Source of the DNA: Candidatus Latescibacterota bacterium | GTDB taxonomy: Bacteria; Latescibacterota; UBA2968; UBA8231 | Assembly (NCBI GenBank): GCA_965219385.1 | Contig: CBDCNM010000002.1 | Coordinates: 1,916,936-1,980,935 of the forward strand | Direction: 5' to 3' | DNA: 64,000 nt | Part shown: piece after piece, positions 18,968 to 28,097 of the stretch | Position numbering within the stretch: the stretch's first letter is position 1 | How the letters are laid out: every line of letters starts with the position of its first letter | Program-made: the position numbers and the translations under genes | The notes under the pieces: model-generated | Seen by the model: only the letters and a program-made list of their open reading frames with translations | Database searches by the model: none | What the model was told of the DNA's origin: nothing

Positions 18968-19904
18968 CCATGCGTCTTTTTATAGGGATATGTATGCCTG
19001 TCTCTGTCTGCCTCTTGTCCTGTCAGCCGGACCGGGGCAATCCCACCGGCCCAGATCCAGCAGCACCTACCCCATCGGCCAAATTTGTGGTCTCGGCTAC
19101 CGTGGCGCCCCCCCCCATCCTCGACTGATTTTTCCCCCTTCGGCGAATGGAAGCCCTTGGAGGTAGACGTCAATTTGTCCGATTTGACGCGCCTGAAGGT
19201 GATAGCCAACCCGTCCAGCCTGGATTCCGAACGGGTACTGGAAATATTCGACGGAGCTACTCCGCCCCAATCCAACTATTGCGGCAACGGAGCCGAGTGG
19301 GACGATACCCGGTCGGTGGGAGCCGATGACACGCTCTTTCTGGCGGCTTGCGAACCAGGACCGGCGGTGTTGGTGATCCAGTCGAGGTCCGGCACCGGGC
19401 TGGATACGCTTTACTTTGAGGTGATCGCCCCCGACGCTGAACCTGAGTTCAACATCGAGCTGGTGTTTGTGGATCCGGGGGCGTGGACCGCGGCCCAAAG
19501 GGCGGTCTTTGAACAAGCGGTTCAGCGTTGGGAGGGAATTATCACGGAGGATATGCCGGATGCGGACTTTTCGCAATGGCCTTTCGATAGCCGGGATTCG
19601 GATTGGTGGGTCTCTTCCGGGTTCTACGCCGATCTGGGCCATATCCAGGTAGACGATGAAGTAGACGACCTGCGCGTGTTTGTGGGCCGGGCCTTGTCCG
19701 GCGACGACGAACCGTGGGCGCGCGGGGGGCCCTTCCGGCGATGGAACGATTCCAAGCTACCCGCCCTGGCCGCTATCAACATCCATGAGGAACTTCTCGA
19801 AGCACCCTTGTCGGACGATGGCAGCTTGTTGTCCACGATCAAACACGAATTGGGCCATTGCCTCGGCTTTCGGGGGGGAACGTGGGACGAGTTAAACCTT
19901 CTTA

Positions 19905-20809
19905 GAGTCTCTAACAAAACCTTGGAATCGCGTATAGGCTTCATTATATTCTTATCCTCTTCGGTATTGCTTCTACCGTCTTGATATGGAGGTGTTTTTG
20001 ATGGCCAAGCCGTTACTCGACGATGGGTTATGGGCCTTGATTGAACCGGTTTTGCCCCCCGTAACCGTTGGCCCCCAAGGGGGGCGGCCTCGGCTGGATA
20101 ACCGTAGGGTGCTGACCGGCATTCTCTTTGTGCTCAAGACGGGTATCCCTTGGGAGTATTTGCCTCAAGAGATGGGGTGCGGTTCGGGGATGACCTGTTG
20201 GCGTCGCCTGCACGCTTGGCAACAAGCCGGGGTCTGGAAAAGAGTCCATCATATCCTGTTGAACCGACTGAGGGCCGCCGACCGGATTGATTGGTCTCGT
20301 GCGGTGGTCGATAGTGCCTCGGTGCGGGCGGTTGGGGGGGGGCGCACACCGGTCCCAATCCGACGGACCGCGGCAAACCCGGTAGCAAACACCATGTAAT
20401 CACCGATGCCCAAGGGGTGCCGTTGGCGGCGGGGGTGACGGGGGCCCATCGGCATGATGTGACGCAGCTGTTGCCGTTGGTGGATCGCATACCCCCGGTG
20501 GCCGGTCGGGTCGGCCGCCCGCGTCGTCGGCCGGATCGGGTGCAAGGGGATCGGGCCTATGATTCGCAAGCCCATCGGCGCGCCTTGCGTAAGCGGGGCA
20601 TCGGCTCGGTGTTGGCTCGGCGAGGGCAAGCCCACGGCAGCGGCTTGGGCGTCTATCGGTGGGTGGTGGAACGAACGTTGGCATGGTTGCACCAATTCCG
20701 TCGGCTTCGAGTCCGCTGGGAGCGACGAGGTGATCTCCATGAAGCCTTTCTCGACATCGGATGTATTCTCATCTGTTGGAAGTACCTCAAAGAGTTTTGT
20801 TAGGGCCTC
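19905..20809 (+). mobile_element. IS5-family insertion sequence, 905 bp
   Basis: Imperfect TIRs GAGTCTCTAACAAAAC / GTTTTGTTAGGGCCTC; TTA target duplication at 19902-19904 and 20810-20812. Confidence 0.9.
20001..20803 (+). CDS. IS5 transposase in two frames, shift at the G9 run 20334-20342
   Basis: GILFVLKTGIPW..LP, VVDSASVRA, GDRAYDS, RWVVERTLAWL..FRRL. Confidence 0.9.
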
Positions 20810-21242
20810 TTAGGTTGTCCTCGCGCAACATCCCACACCGCGACACTATTTTTTCGGCTTTAGAGCCTGGGTCTCGTTCAATGCCGCCTGGGGCTGGTCC
20901 TACACCGGGAACAAGGTGCCCGTCGAGAACGACCCCGCCCAGGGCGGGGTGGACAGCCATTGGCGCCAGACGGTCTTTGGCAATGAATTGATGAGCTCTT
21001 GGGGGGGCGAACCCATCTCGGCCATCACGATCCAATCCCTGGCCGACATCGGCTACACCGTGGACGTGGGACAAGCCGACCCCTACACCCTGCCGGTCCA
21101 ACCCGCCGCCAAGCCCCTGGCCGCGACCGGGAGGCCCTTCTGCCAGGTGCTCATGCCGCCGCTGGGCTCCAGGAGGGTAAGAAATACCCCGGACCGGGTG
21201 AGCCAGTCCGGGGCAACCATAACCTAACCGAGGAGAAAGGTC

Positions 21243-21507
21243 ATGGCCGACGAATCATATGAGGAGCTTGAACAACGTCTCGAAGCCGCCTTGGGCCAAC
21301 TCACCGCCCCGCCTTATGCTGTTCAGCATCGCCGAGCAAGGGCCAGAGAACATCGCTACCCATCTTAAAGAATTACAACGCCTTAAAGAGACAGGCCACT
21401 TATCTCTTCCGCCAGAAACTAGTGAGATACGCAAAGAAGCCTTTCTTCGTACTATCGAGTTGCTTATTTATGCGCTCAGAGAAGCTCTCAATAAAATCCA
21501 CATCTAG
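21243..21507 (+). pseudogene. Small hypothetical protein, apparently frameshifted
   Basis: RBS AGGAG + MADESYEELEQRLEAALGQL; the coding-like continuation (LMLFSIAEQG...) lies in another frame. Confidence 0.35.
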
Positions 21508-21829
21508 GGCCTTATGGACCTTCTCCGTTAACTCCATCTCGGTGAGGCGCGTCGGGCCCTGGTTGACTTTTTGGACTGAATCCGTCATAAAGCAATCTCC
21601 GTGCCGTTAAAGCAGGTATAGCAATCTGTGTACCATGCGTTATTCATCTGGGGTCACGACCCGAAAAATTCAGAGCCGCGCATCTTACATCTTACCCTTC
21701 AACTACCGTGTTCTTGGTGGTGGAAGAGGGACGATTTGAATCTGCTCGGGGTGATGCGGCGCGAGGACGACGATTTTGCATTGGGGGAACGCCTCGGCCA
21801 AGCCTGGCGGCCGCCCTTGGTCGTAGCCC

Positions 21830-22150
21830 AAGGCGATGCTTCCCGCTGCCGGGCCTGGGCCACGCCAAAGCGATTGACCAAAGGCGCCAAAGCCTCTGGC
21901 TCGATAAATAGCTCGCGGCGCTGGGTCGAGCGGAAATAGTCGCGGCAGCGGTTGCTGGCCACTTGCAGCAACCAAGCCCGCACATCGCGGGGGGTGTCCC
22001 GGCGCAGACCGCTCCGTGGACCAGGGTTTCCTGCAATACGTCCTGCACTTGGTCGCCGGCACCGATCCGATAGCGGATCAGCCCTGCCAGGGTGCGCTCG
22101 TAGCGCCTCTACAAGGCGGACGGTGGGCAAAGGTTCACCGACACGGAGAT
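21830..22150 (-). pseudogene. ECF sigma-70 factor remnant (region 2)
   Basis: RRYERTLAGLIRYRIG..QDVLQET / RAWLLQVASNRCRDYFR split across frames; region 4 is missing. Confidence 0.65.
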
Positions 22151-22227
22151 TCACGCCTCCGCCCGCGAGACGGACCACGCCTATCCCGGCATCGAAGCCC
22201 GACAGACGGGGACGGGGACTGAAATTG

Positions 22228-22254
22228 GACGAGGAAGAACTGGGACGCTATCTG
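22228..22254 (+). repeat. 27-bp direct repeat, left copy
   Basis: GACGAGGAAGAACTGGGACGCTATCTG, identical to 26682-26708. Confidence 0.9.
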
Positions 22255-22508
22255 CTGGCCGCGGCCCGGCCCGATGCTGAGCCGGAACTGGAGTTCGGCG
22301 TCTGAGCGGATGGTCCGGGTGGTGGGACGGGACGGTGCGTGCCGGTGTCATCCAGGAAATGCCTGCCCATTGCAGGGCTCAGCAGGGGGCCGGGCGAGCC
22401 GCGAGGCTGCCGGAGCCCATGGCATGGGCCGAGCGCTCACACCCCGCAGCACGCCCCACGCCCGTTCCTTGACGATTCCCAGATAAGCCCTTTATTTGCC
22501 CTATCCGC
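22255..22508 (+). mobile_element. IS91/ISCR-like 3'-end remnant, copy 1
   Basis: AAARPDAEPELEFGV* followed by ~130 nt similar to 24440-24597; ends in TTTATTTGCCCTATCC, which resembles an oriIS end. Confidence 0.5.
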
Positions 22509-22780
22509 CTTTAGGTCGTGGTGGAGCGCTGGCCGACGCGTTGGGCACAGGGACGAGCCGGTGCTGGGTGAAGGATTCATGGCGGCCATTGAAGTTTATC
22601 GAGACGTTGATGGCGAAGAAAGCTAAGCGCGCGGGATCGAGCCATCGCGTCTTGAGTCTTTTCAAACGGGTAACCTCGGGGCCGGGTCGCTTCGCGCCGA
22701 CGTTTTGCCGAGCCCGCGACGAAGACGAGGGTGCGAAGCACGACGTGAGACATGACCATTCTTGACCGGTTGAGAAAAAG

Positions 22781-24145
22781 ATGGAAAGTGACCTGAAGGA
22801 CCTGATTGAGAATCCTCGTGAGACTCTGGAGATCGAATTAAAGGCATGGCTCGATCTTCATCAGCCAATCCAGCGAGCCAAACTTGCGCGTCACTTAGCG
22901 GCATTGGCCAATCATGGAGGTGGCTATCTGATCTTTGGATTTAAGGATGATCTAAGCCACGATCAGAATCGTCCGTCTTCAGTGGAAAATTACAATCGAG
23001 ATGAATTTACGGGAATCGTAAATCGCTATTTGACACCGACCTTTCAGTGTGAGGTGGCACTCGTTCGGGACAAAAACGGCGAAGAATTCCCGGTCATTAG
23101 GGTACCCGGTCATGGGCGAGTGCCGATTGCCGCGAAAGCCGACGGGCCGAAAGACGACAAAGGGCGAATACAAGGTATCAAAGCCGACACCTATTACATC
23201 CGGAAACCGGGACCAAAGAGCGCGCCTATCATAGGTGCCGAGGAGTGGGGGCCGTTGATCAGGCGGTGCGTACGGAACGACCGGGACAGCTTGCTGAGCG
23301 ATTTTTCCGCCTTGATACAACCGTCTGCGCAAGTGGCACCTGATGTGCCACAGCAATTGGCGCATTGGCATCAGGAGGGGGAGAAACGTTTCCTTCAGTT
23401 GTTGCCCAAGCTGGAAAAACTTCACTGGCCTGTAGCGGTCAAAGACAACCGCTACCAGCTGAGCTACCTGATCTCCGTGGATGACTCTGAGGCTATTCCC
23501 ACAGACTCACTCCGCCAAGTCCTGGAAAAAGTAAACCACGAGGTCCGAGACACGGTGTGGACCGGTTGGAGCATGTTCTATCTGTTCAGCGAGCCAGAGA
23601 TTGCACCGACACTCCATCCCGAGCGATCAGACGGGACAGGCCCTGATGTACTTGAAACTAACCTCATGGCTGCAGGGGATTTTGCCATGTCGTTTCCAGA
23701 TTTTTGGCGCGTAGCGCCTGACGGACGTGCGAGCTTAATCCGAGCCTTCCCCGAGGATAGTGTGCGTAGCGTTAGTACCTCGAGTAGGGAGGCTGGCACT
23801 TGGCTCTCTCCCGAAACGGTTGTTCGGGAAACGACCGAGCTCGTTACCCATGCGAAGTTGTTGGCGAAACAATTTGAAACGGCAACCCGAGTCAGCTTCC
23901 GGTGCACTTGGATTGGCCTTGAGGGCCGGGAACTTGCTGTTTCCGATCCTTCAATCTATTTGTCTCCGGGTCGTATTGCGAGAGCGAACAAGCGAACGAC
24001 CGAGAGAGAATGGACCGCTGCTACGTTGGCCGCCGATTGGCCAACCATCGTCGCAGAACTGGCCTGCCCAGTACTTCGCCTCTTTGGCCTTACCCATTGT
24101 AGCTCGGCCTTTGTTGAGGGTATGGCACCAAGATTCAAGCTGTGA
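22781..24145 (+). CDS. Schlafen/AlbA_2-domain protein with unrecognised C-terminal domain
   Basis: RETLEIELKAWLD...ARHLAALANHGGGYLIFGFKD...YYIR is the AlbA_2 pattern; 454 aa. Confidence 0.85.
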   Translation: MESDLKDLIENPRETLEIELKAWLDLHQPIQRAKLARHLAALANHGGGYLIFGFKDDLSHDQNRPSSVENYNRDEFTGIVNRYLTPTFQCEVALVRDKNGEEFPVIRVPGHGRVPIAAKADGPKDDKGRIQGIKADTYYIRKPGPKSAPIIGAEEWGPLIRRCVRNDRDSLLSDFSALIQPSAQVAPDVPQQLAHWHQEGEKRFLQLLPKLEKLHWPVAVKDNRYQLSYLISVDDSEAIPTDSLRQVLEKVNHEVRDTVWTGWSMFYLFSEPEIAPTLHPERSDGTGPDVLETNLMAAGDFAMSFPDFWRVAPDGRASLIRAFPEDSVRSVSTSSREAGTWLSPETVVRETTELVTHAKLLAKQFETATRVSFRCTWIGLEGRELAVSDPSIYLSPGRIARANKRTTEREWTAATLAADWPTIVAELACPVLRLFGLTHCSSAFVEGMAPRFKL

Positions 24146-24298
24146 GGAGTAGGTTTATGTACGCTTGGTTGCTCTAGGAGAGGTAAGCTGTCATCTGGCA
24201 GCCTCGACGGTCCAGGCGGCGGGACACCAGGAGAGACGACCATGACCGAAGAGGTGATCTACGAGGCAGTCGATGGCGTCGTGATCGTCGCAATCAAC

Positions 24299-24597
24299 TG
24301 CGGTAGGCGTATGAGGATCGTCGCCGCCCTGACCGATCCCGACTCGGTGCGCCTCCCCGGCGGGCGGCGGGCTACCGCCCCGGGCGCTGCCGGTGGCCGC
24401 GGCCCGGCCCGATCCGCAGTCGGCGCCGGAGTTCGCCGCCTGAGCGGCTGGTCTGGACGGTGAGACGAGCCGGTGCGTCCCTGCGTCATCCTCTGCGTCG
24501 CCCCGCCTCATCCAAGAAATGCCTGCCCGTCGCGGGGTCCAGCAAGGGGCCTGGCGAGCCGCGAGGCGTGCTGGAGCTTGGCGACGGCATGTGCCGA
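24299..24597 (+). mobile_element. IS91/ISCR-like transposase C-terminal remnant and downstream sequence, copy 2
   Basis: CGRRMRIVAALTDPDSVR / GLPPRALPVAAARPDPQSAPEFAA* matches the CGGxMRIIAxITDP...GLP...PAR tail of Y2 transposases. Fused behind an enoyl-CoA-hydratase-like start (MTEEVIYEAVDGVVIVAIN). Confidence 0.6.
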
Positions 24598-24654
24598 AAA
24601 TGGATAAAGTCGAGCTTATGACGCCATAGTATAATCAGGAAGAAGGAGGAATAA

Positions 24655-26466
24655 ATGCCCGGTGAGTACGAAAAGGCAATAACAATCGAGAAGGCGATAC
24701 ATGAGATCATCAATCGGCGCTATTTGCTGCCTGCTATCCAGCGGAAATTCACTTGGAGCGACTCGCAAATATGTGTTCTCTTTGACTCGATCATGCGCGG
24801 CTATCCGATCAACACCTTCATGTTCTGGGAGGTCCGCGACAATTCGGTCAAAAAGAGCTTCCGTTTCTATCAATTCCTCGATCGGTACTGCGAGCGTTTC
24901 GATGAGAACAATCGAGATTTCGACCTCAAGGGTCTTGATGACTTTTTTGCCGTGATTGACGGCCAACAGCGGCTGACCTCCTTGTATATCGGATTGAAAG
25001 GAACCTACGCTTACAAGCTTCCCAGAAAATGGTGGCCCTCTGCCAAGGACGACAGCATCCTTCCACCTCGGAAACTCTACCTCAATCTAGCGGTTCCTCT
25101 TGATGAAGAATCGAACGAGGAGATGATGAGTTATGAATTCAAGTTTCTGACGGAAGCCCAATTCAAAGAAGATCAGGGCAAGCCTGAAACAAAGATTTGG
25201 TTTCAGGTGGGTGAGATACTTGATTTCTGCACGGTGGAAACCAACGATGAAGTGTTCTATATCGTCATGGATTATCTGCAGAAAAAAGGGCAGGGATCGA
25301 ACAGATACGCCCAAAAGGCATTGACCCGTCTCTACTTTGCAATCCGCCGAGATAACACTATCCACTTTTTCAACGAAACGAACCAGTCCATTGACCATGT
25401 CCTGGATATTTTCATCCGGACAAACCATGGTGGAACACCCCTCTCTTTTTCAGATCTTCTGATGTCCATCGCCGTAGCAAACTGGAAAAAGGATGCGAGG
25501 GAACAAATCGACAATCTGGTTGATCAAGTCCGTTTCGGCTTAGACATGCAGTTTTCTATCGACCGTAATTTCGTCCTCAAAACGGCACTTATGCTCTCCA
25601 ATGCAGATGTGAGATTCAAAGTTACGAATTTCACCGAAGACCGGGTCAAAAAAATCGAGCAGGAGTGGGATGAAATCAAAGCCTGTATCCTGGAAGCCTT
25701 CAGGCTGATCAGATCATTTGGTTTGAACGACGATTCCTTGCGTGCAAAAAACGCTGCCATTCCAATCGCCTATTATCTCTTCCACAAAGGACGGGATAAG
25801 GCCAATGGCAAGCACGGTCTATACGCGGACATCAACAACCAGGCACGTCACGTCGGAGAGCGAAAGCAGATTCGACAGTGGCTTTACATATCACTTATCA
25901 AGGGTGTGTTTGGTGGCCAAGGAGATTCTCTGCTGACAAATCTCCGAAGGATCATTCGCACAGGCCTAAACCAAACCACATTCCCTCTCAATAAAATTGT
26001 CGAGGACTATCGTGGCAAAACCAAAGATCTGGTGTTCGACGACGATTTCATTGAGAGGCTTCTTAAAACGCAGAAAGACGATTCGTCTTGCTTTCCGATT
26101 TTGGCATTGCTGTTCCCCGATCTGGACTACACTCGGTCCCTTGATATTGACCATCTTCATCCGGCAGCAGCGTTCAGAAAGGAAAGTCTCGACGCTATAC
26201 CTGCCCTTGGCAACCCGGATAGTCGTTCCTTCTTTGAAGAGCGCGAGAACTGGAATGGCATTGCAAACCTTCATCTGCTGTATTCATCGAAGAACAGATC
26301 CAAGCAGGATACGCCGCTCAAAAAGTGGTTCGCCACGCAAAACGGTATGAACCCTGAAGACCTGCTCATTCCGGCCGGAACGGAGTTGGCTTTCGAGTCG
26401 TTCAAGAAGTTCATAGACGCCAGAGCAGCTTACCTGAAACAGAGGCTGCGTTCATTAGTCGGATGA
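24655..26466 (+). CDS. GmrSD-family (DUF262 + HNH/DUF1524) modification-dependent restriction nuclease
   Basis: LPAIQRKFTW, LFDSIMRGYPI, VIDGQQRLTSL, IFIRTNHGGTPL; C-terminal DIDHLHP...IANLHLL...NRSK. Confidence 0.9.
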   Translation: MPGEYEKAITIEKAIHEIINRRYLLPAIQRKFTWSDSQICVLFDSIMRGYPINTFMFWEVRDNSVKKSFRFYQFLDRYCERFDENNRDFDLKGLDDFFAVIDGQQRLTSLYIGLKGTYAYKLPRKWWPSAKDDSILPPRKLYLNLAVPLDEESNEEMMSYEFKFLTEAQFKEDQGKPETKIWFQVGEILDFCTVETNDEVFYIVMDYLQKKGQGSNRYAQKALTRLYFAIRRDNTIHFFNETNQSIDHVLDIFIRTNHGGTPLSFSDLLMSIAVANWKKDAREQIDNLVDQVRFGLDMQFSIDRNFVLKTALMLSNADVRFKVTNFTEDRVKKIEQEWDEIKACILEAFRLIRSFGLNDDSLRAKNAAIPIAYYLFHKGRDKANGKHGLYADINNQARHVGERKQIRQWLYISLIKGVFGGQGDSLLTNLRRIIRTGLNQTTFPLNKIVEDYRGKTKDLVFDDDFIERLLKTQKDDSSCFPILALLFPDLDYTRSLDIDHLHPAAAFRKESLDAIPALGNPDSRSFFEERENWNGIANLHLLYSSKNRSKQDTPLKKWFATQNGMNPEDLLIPAGTELAFESFKKFIDARAAYLKQRLRSLVG

Positions 26467-26467
26467 A

Positions 26468-26681
26468 ATGCTAAAGAACTCGACTGCATCGTACTAACAG
26501 CCGATATTGCTGAGGAAGGGTTGAAGGCCGGCGACACAGGCACGATTATGCACATTTATCCAGGTGGAGACGCCTTCGTGGTAGAATTTCTGACTTTAGG
26601 CGGCAACACAGTAGTCGTTGCAGACGTATTGCCATCGCAGGCCCGGCCTTTAACCGATACGGACATTACCCACGTCCGGAA
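26468..26681 (+). pseudogene. DUF4926 family protein, start frameshifted and 3' end cut at the direct repeat
   Basis: KELDCIVLTADIAEEGLKAGDTGTIMHIYPGGDAFVVEFLTLGGNTVVV; the ATG at 26468 is out of frame by one base. Confidence 0.7.
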
Positions 26682-26708
26682 GACGAGGAAGAACTGGGAC
26701 GCTATCTG
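26682..26708 (+). repeat. 27-bp direct repeat, right copy, followed by a displaced gene 3' end (…GREFPQRDLRQFDGEEP*)
   Basis: Identical to 22228-22254. Confidence 0.9.
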
Positions 26709-26959
26709 GGTCGGGAATTCCCCCAACGCGATCTGCGGCAATTCGACGGGGAAGAACCCTGAATCCGGCCGCGGAATGGGCTGTCAGCTCGGGCGTCCAG
26801 AATAAAGCTGCGCGTTGGGTTGGACCGGCCCTTGACGTTTTCCAACCGCGCGGGCCAGCCCGGAAAGCTCCACCCATGGCGGCTTGACGGAACGCGATCA
26901 AATGGGTACACTGCTCTGCGGTGGGCATGGGGAAAACCTCCTGGCAAAGGACGCCATTC

Positions 26960-27994
26960 ATGCAAACACAAAAACCACAGCAGGTAGGCCAACAAGGACT
27001 CGAAGTCACCCAGTTCGGTTTGGGCGGCACCGGCTTTGGCAATATGTACGACAAGATGGAGGAACAGACCGCCATGGACACCGCGGCCGCGGCGTACGAG
27101 GCCGGGATCCGCTACTTTGACACGGCGCCCCTCTACGGCTACGGGCTGAGCGAAGAACGGCTGGGCGCCGGGCTTGCGCGCTTCGATCGGGATGAGGTGG
27201 TCATCTCCACCAAGGTGGGCTACACCCTTGTACCGCTCGCGGGAAAACGGCCTCACGAGGATATTTTCATCGACGTACCAGCCCTGGATACGGTTTTCGA
27301 TTACTCGCCGGAGGCCATCCTGAGCTCGCTCGAGGAGAGCATGAAACGCTTGCAGACCGAGCGGATCGATATTGTTTTGATCCACGATCCGGACGAGGGT
27401 ATAACCCTGTTCGAGCCCGGCTCCGACCCCTATTCAAAGAGCCACTTTGCCGAGGTCATGGAGCAGACCTATCCGACCCTGGACGAACTCCGCGGTCAAG
27501 GGGTGATTCGGGCGCTGGGGCTGGGCATGAACCAGTGGGAAATGCTGGCCGATTTTGCCCGCGCCGGCGACTTTGATTGTTTTCTCCTGGCCGGCCGCTA
27601 CACCCTCCTGGAACAGGAGCCCCTGCACGAATTTTTGCCCCTGTGTCAGGAGAGGGACATCCGCATTATCGTCGGCGGCCCCTACAACTCCGGGATCCTG
27701 GCCACGGGTGCCATTGAAGGGGCGCGCTACAACTACGGACCGACCTCTGCGGCGATCCTGGAACGCACCCGCCGGATCGAGCAGGTTTGCGCCCGCCACC
27801 AGGTTTCCCTGCAAGCGGCCGCCCTGCAGTTTCCTTTCGGCCATCCGGCGGTGGCCAGCATCATTCCCGGGGCTAGTTCGGGGGCGGAGATCCAGGCCAA
27901 TATTGGTTTCTTCGAGGAGGAAATTCCGGCTGCGTTCTGGGAGGAGCTCAAAGGGCTCGAGCTGATAGATCCTGCTTCGCCGGCACCGGATTAG
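26960..27994 (+). CDS. Aldo/keto reductase (D-threo-aldose 1-dehydrogenase-like)
   Basis: GIRYFDTAPLYGYGLSEERLG, ISTKVG, LIHDPD, LLAGRYTLL, GGPYNSGILA. Confidence 0.9.
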   Translation: MQTQKPQQVGQQGLEVTQFGLGGTGFGNMYDKMEEQTAMDTAAAAYEAGIRYFDTAPLYGYGLSEERLGAGLARFDRDEVVISTKVGYTLVPLAGKRPHEDIFIDVPALDTVFDYSPEAILSSLEESMKRLQTERIDIVLIHDPDEGITLFEPGSDPYSKSHFAEVMEQTYPTLDELRGQGVIRALGLGMNQWEMLADFARAGDFDCFLLAGRYTLLEQEPLHEFLPLCQERDIRIIVGGPYNSGILATGAIEGARYNYGPTSAAILERTRRIEQVCARHQVSLQAAALQFPFGHPAVASIIPGASSGAEIQANIGFFEEEIPAAFWEELKGLELIDPASPAPD

Positions 27995-28097
27995 CGCGGC
28001 TCATCTGGATGTAAAAATTTCAAGGTGGAAATGTCGCGTTTCCGAAGGTCCTTGGCGCTTTGGCGGGATTCTCCCTGTGGAACGGGGCTGGCTCTCT

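Larger units (their letters stand above)
18970..21227 (+). pseudogene. Lipoprotein zinc metalloprotease (leishmanolysin/M8-like), interrupted by IS5 and two frameshifts
   Basis: Signal MRLFIGICMPVSVCLLSC (lipobox LLSC); frameshift at the C9 run ~19108-19116; HELGHCLGF; after the IS, PVEND..GG.DSHW...NELM...ISAITIQSLADIGY; second frameshift ~20848. Confidence 0.8.

Noticed and set aside
20334..20342. IS5 frameshift as an inactivating mutation
   Set aside because: A split at this position is common in two-ORF IS5 transposases, so it is not evidence of decay.
22255..26681. Integron cassette array
   Set aside because: No IntI, and no RYYYAAC...GTTRRRY attC boundaries seen; the repeats fit IS91-like ends better.
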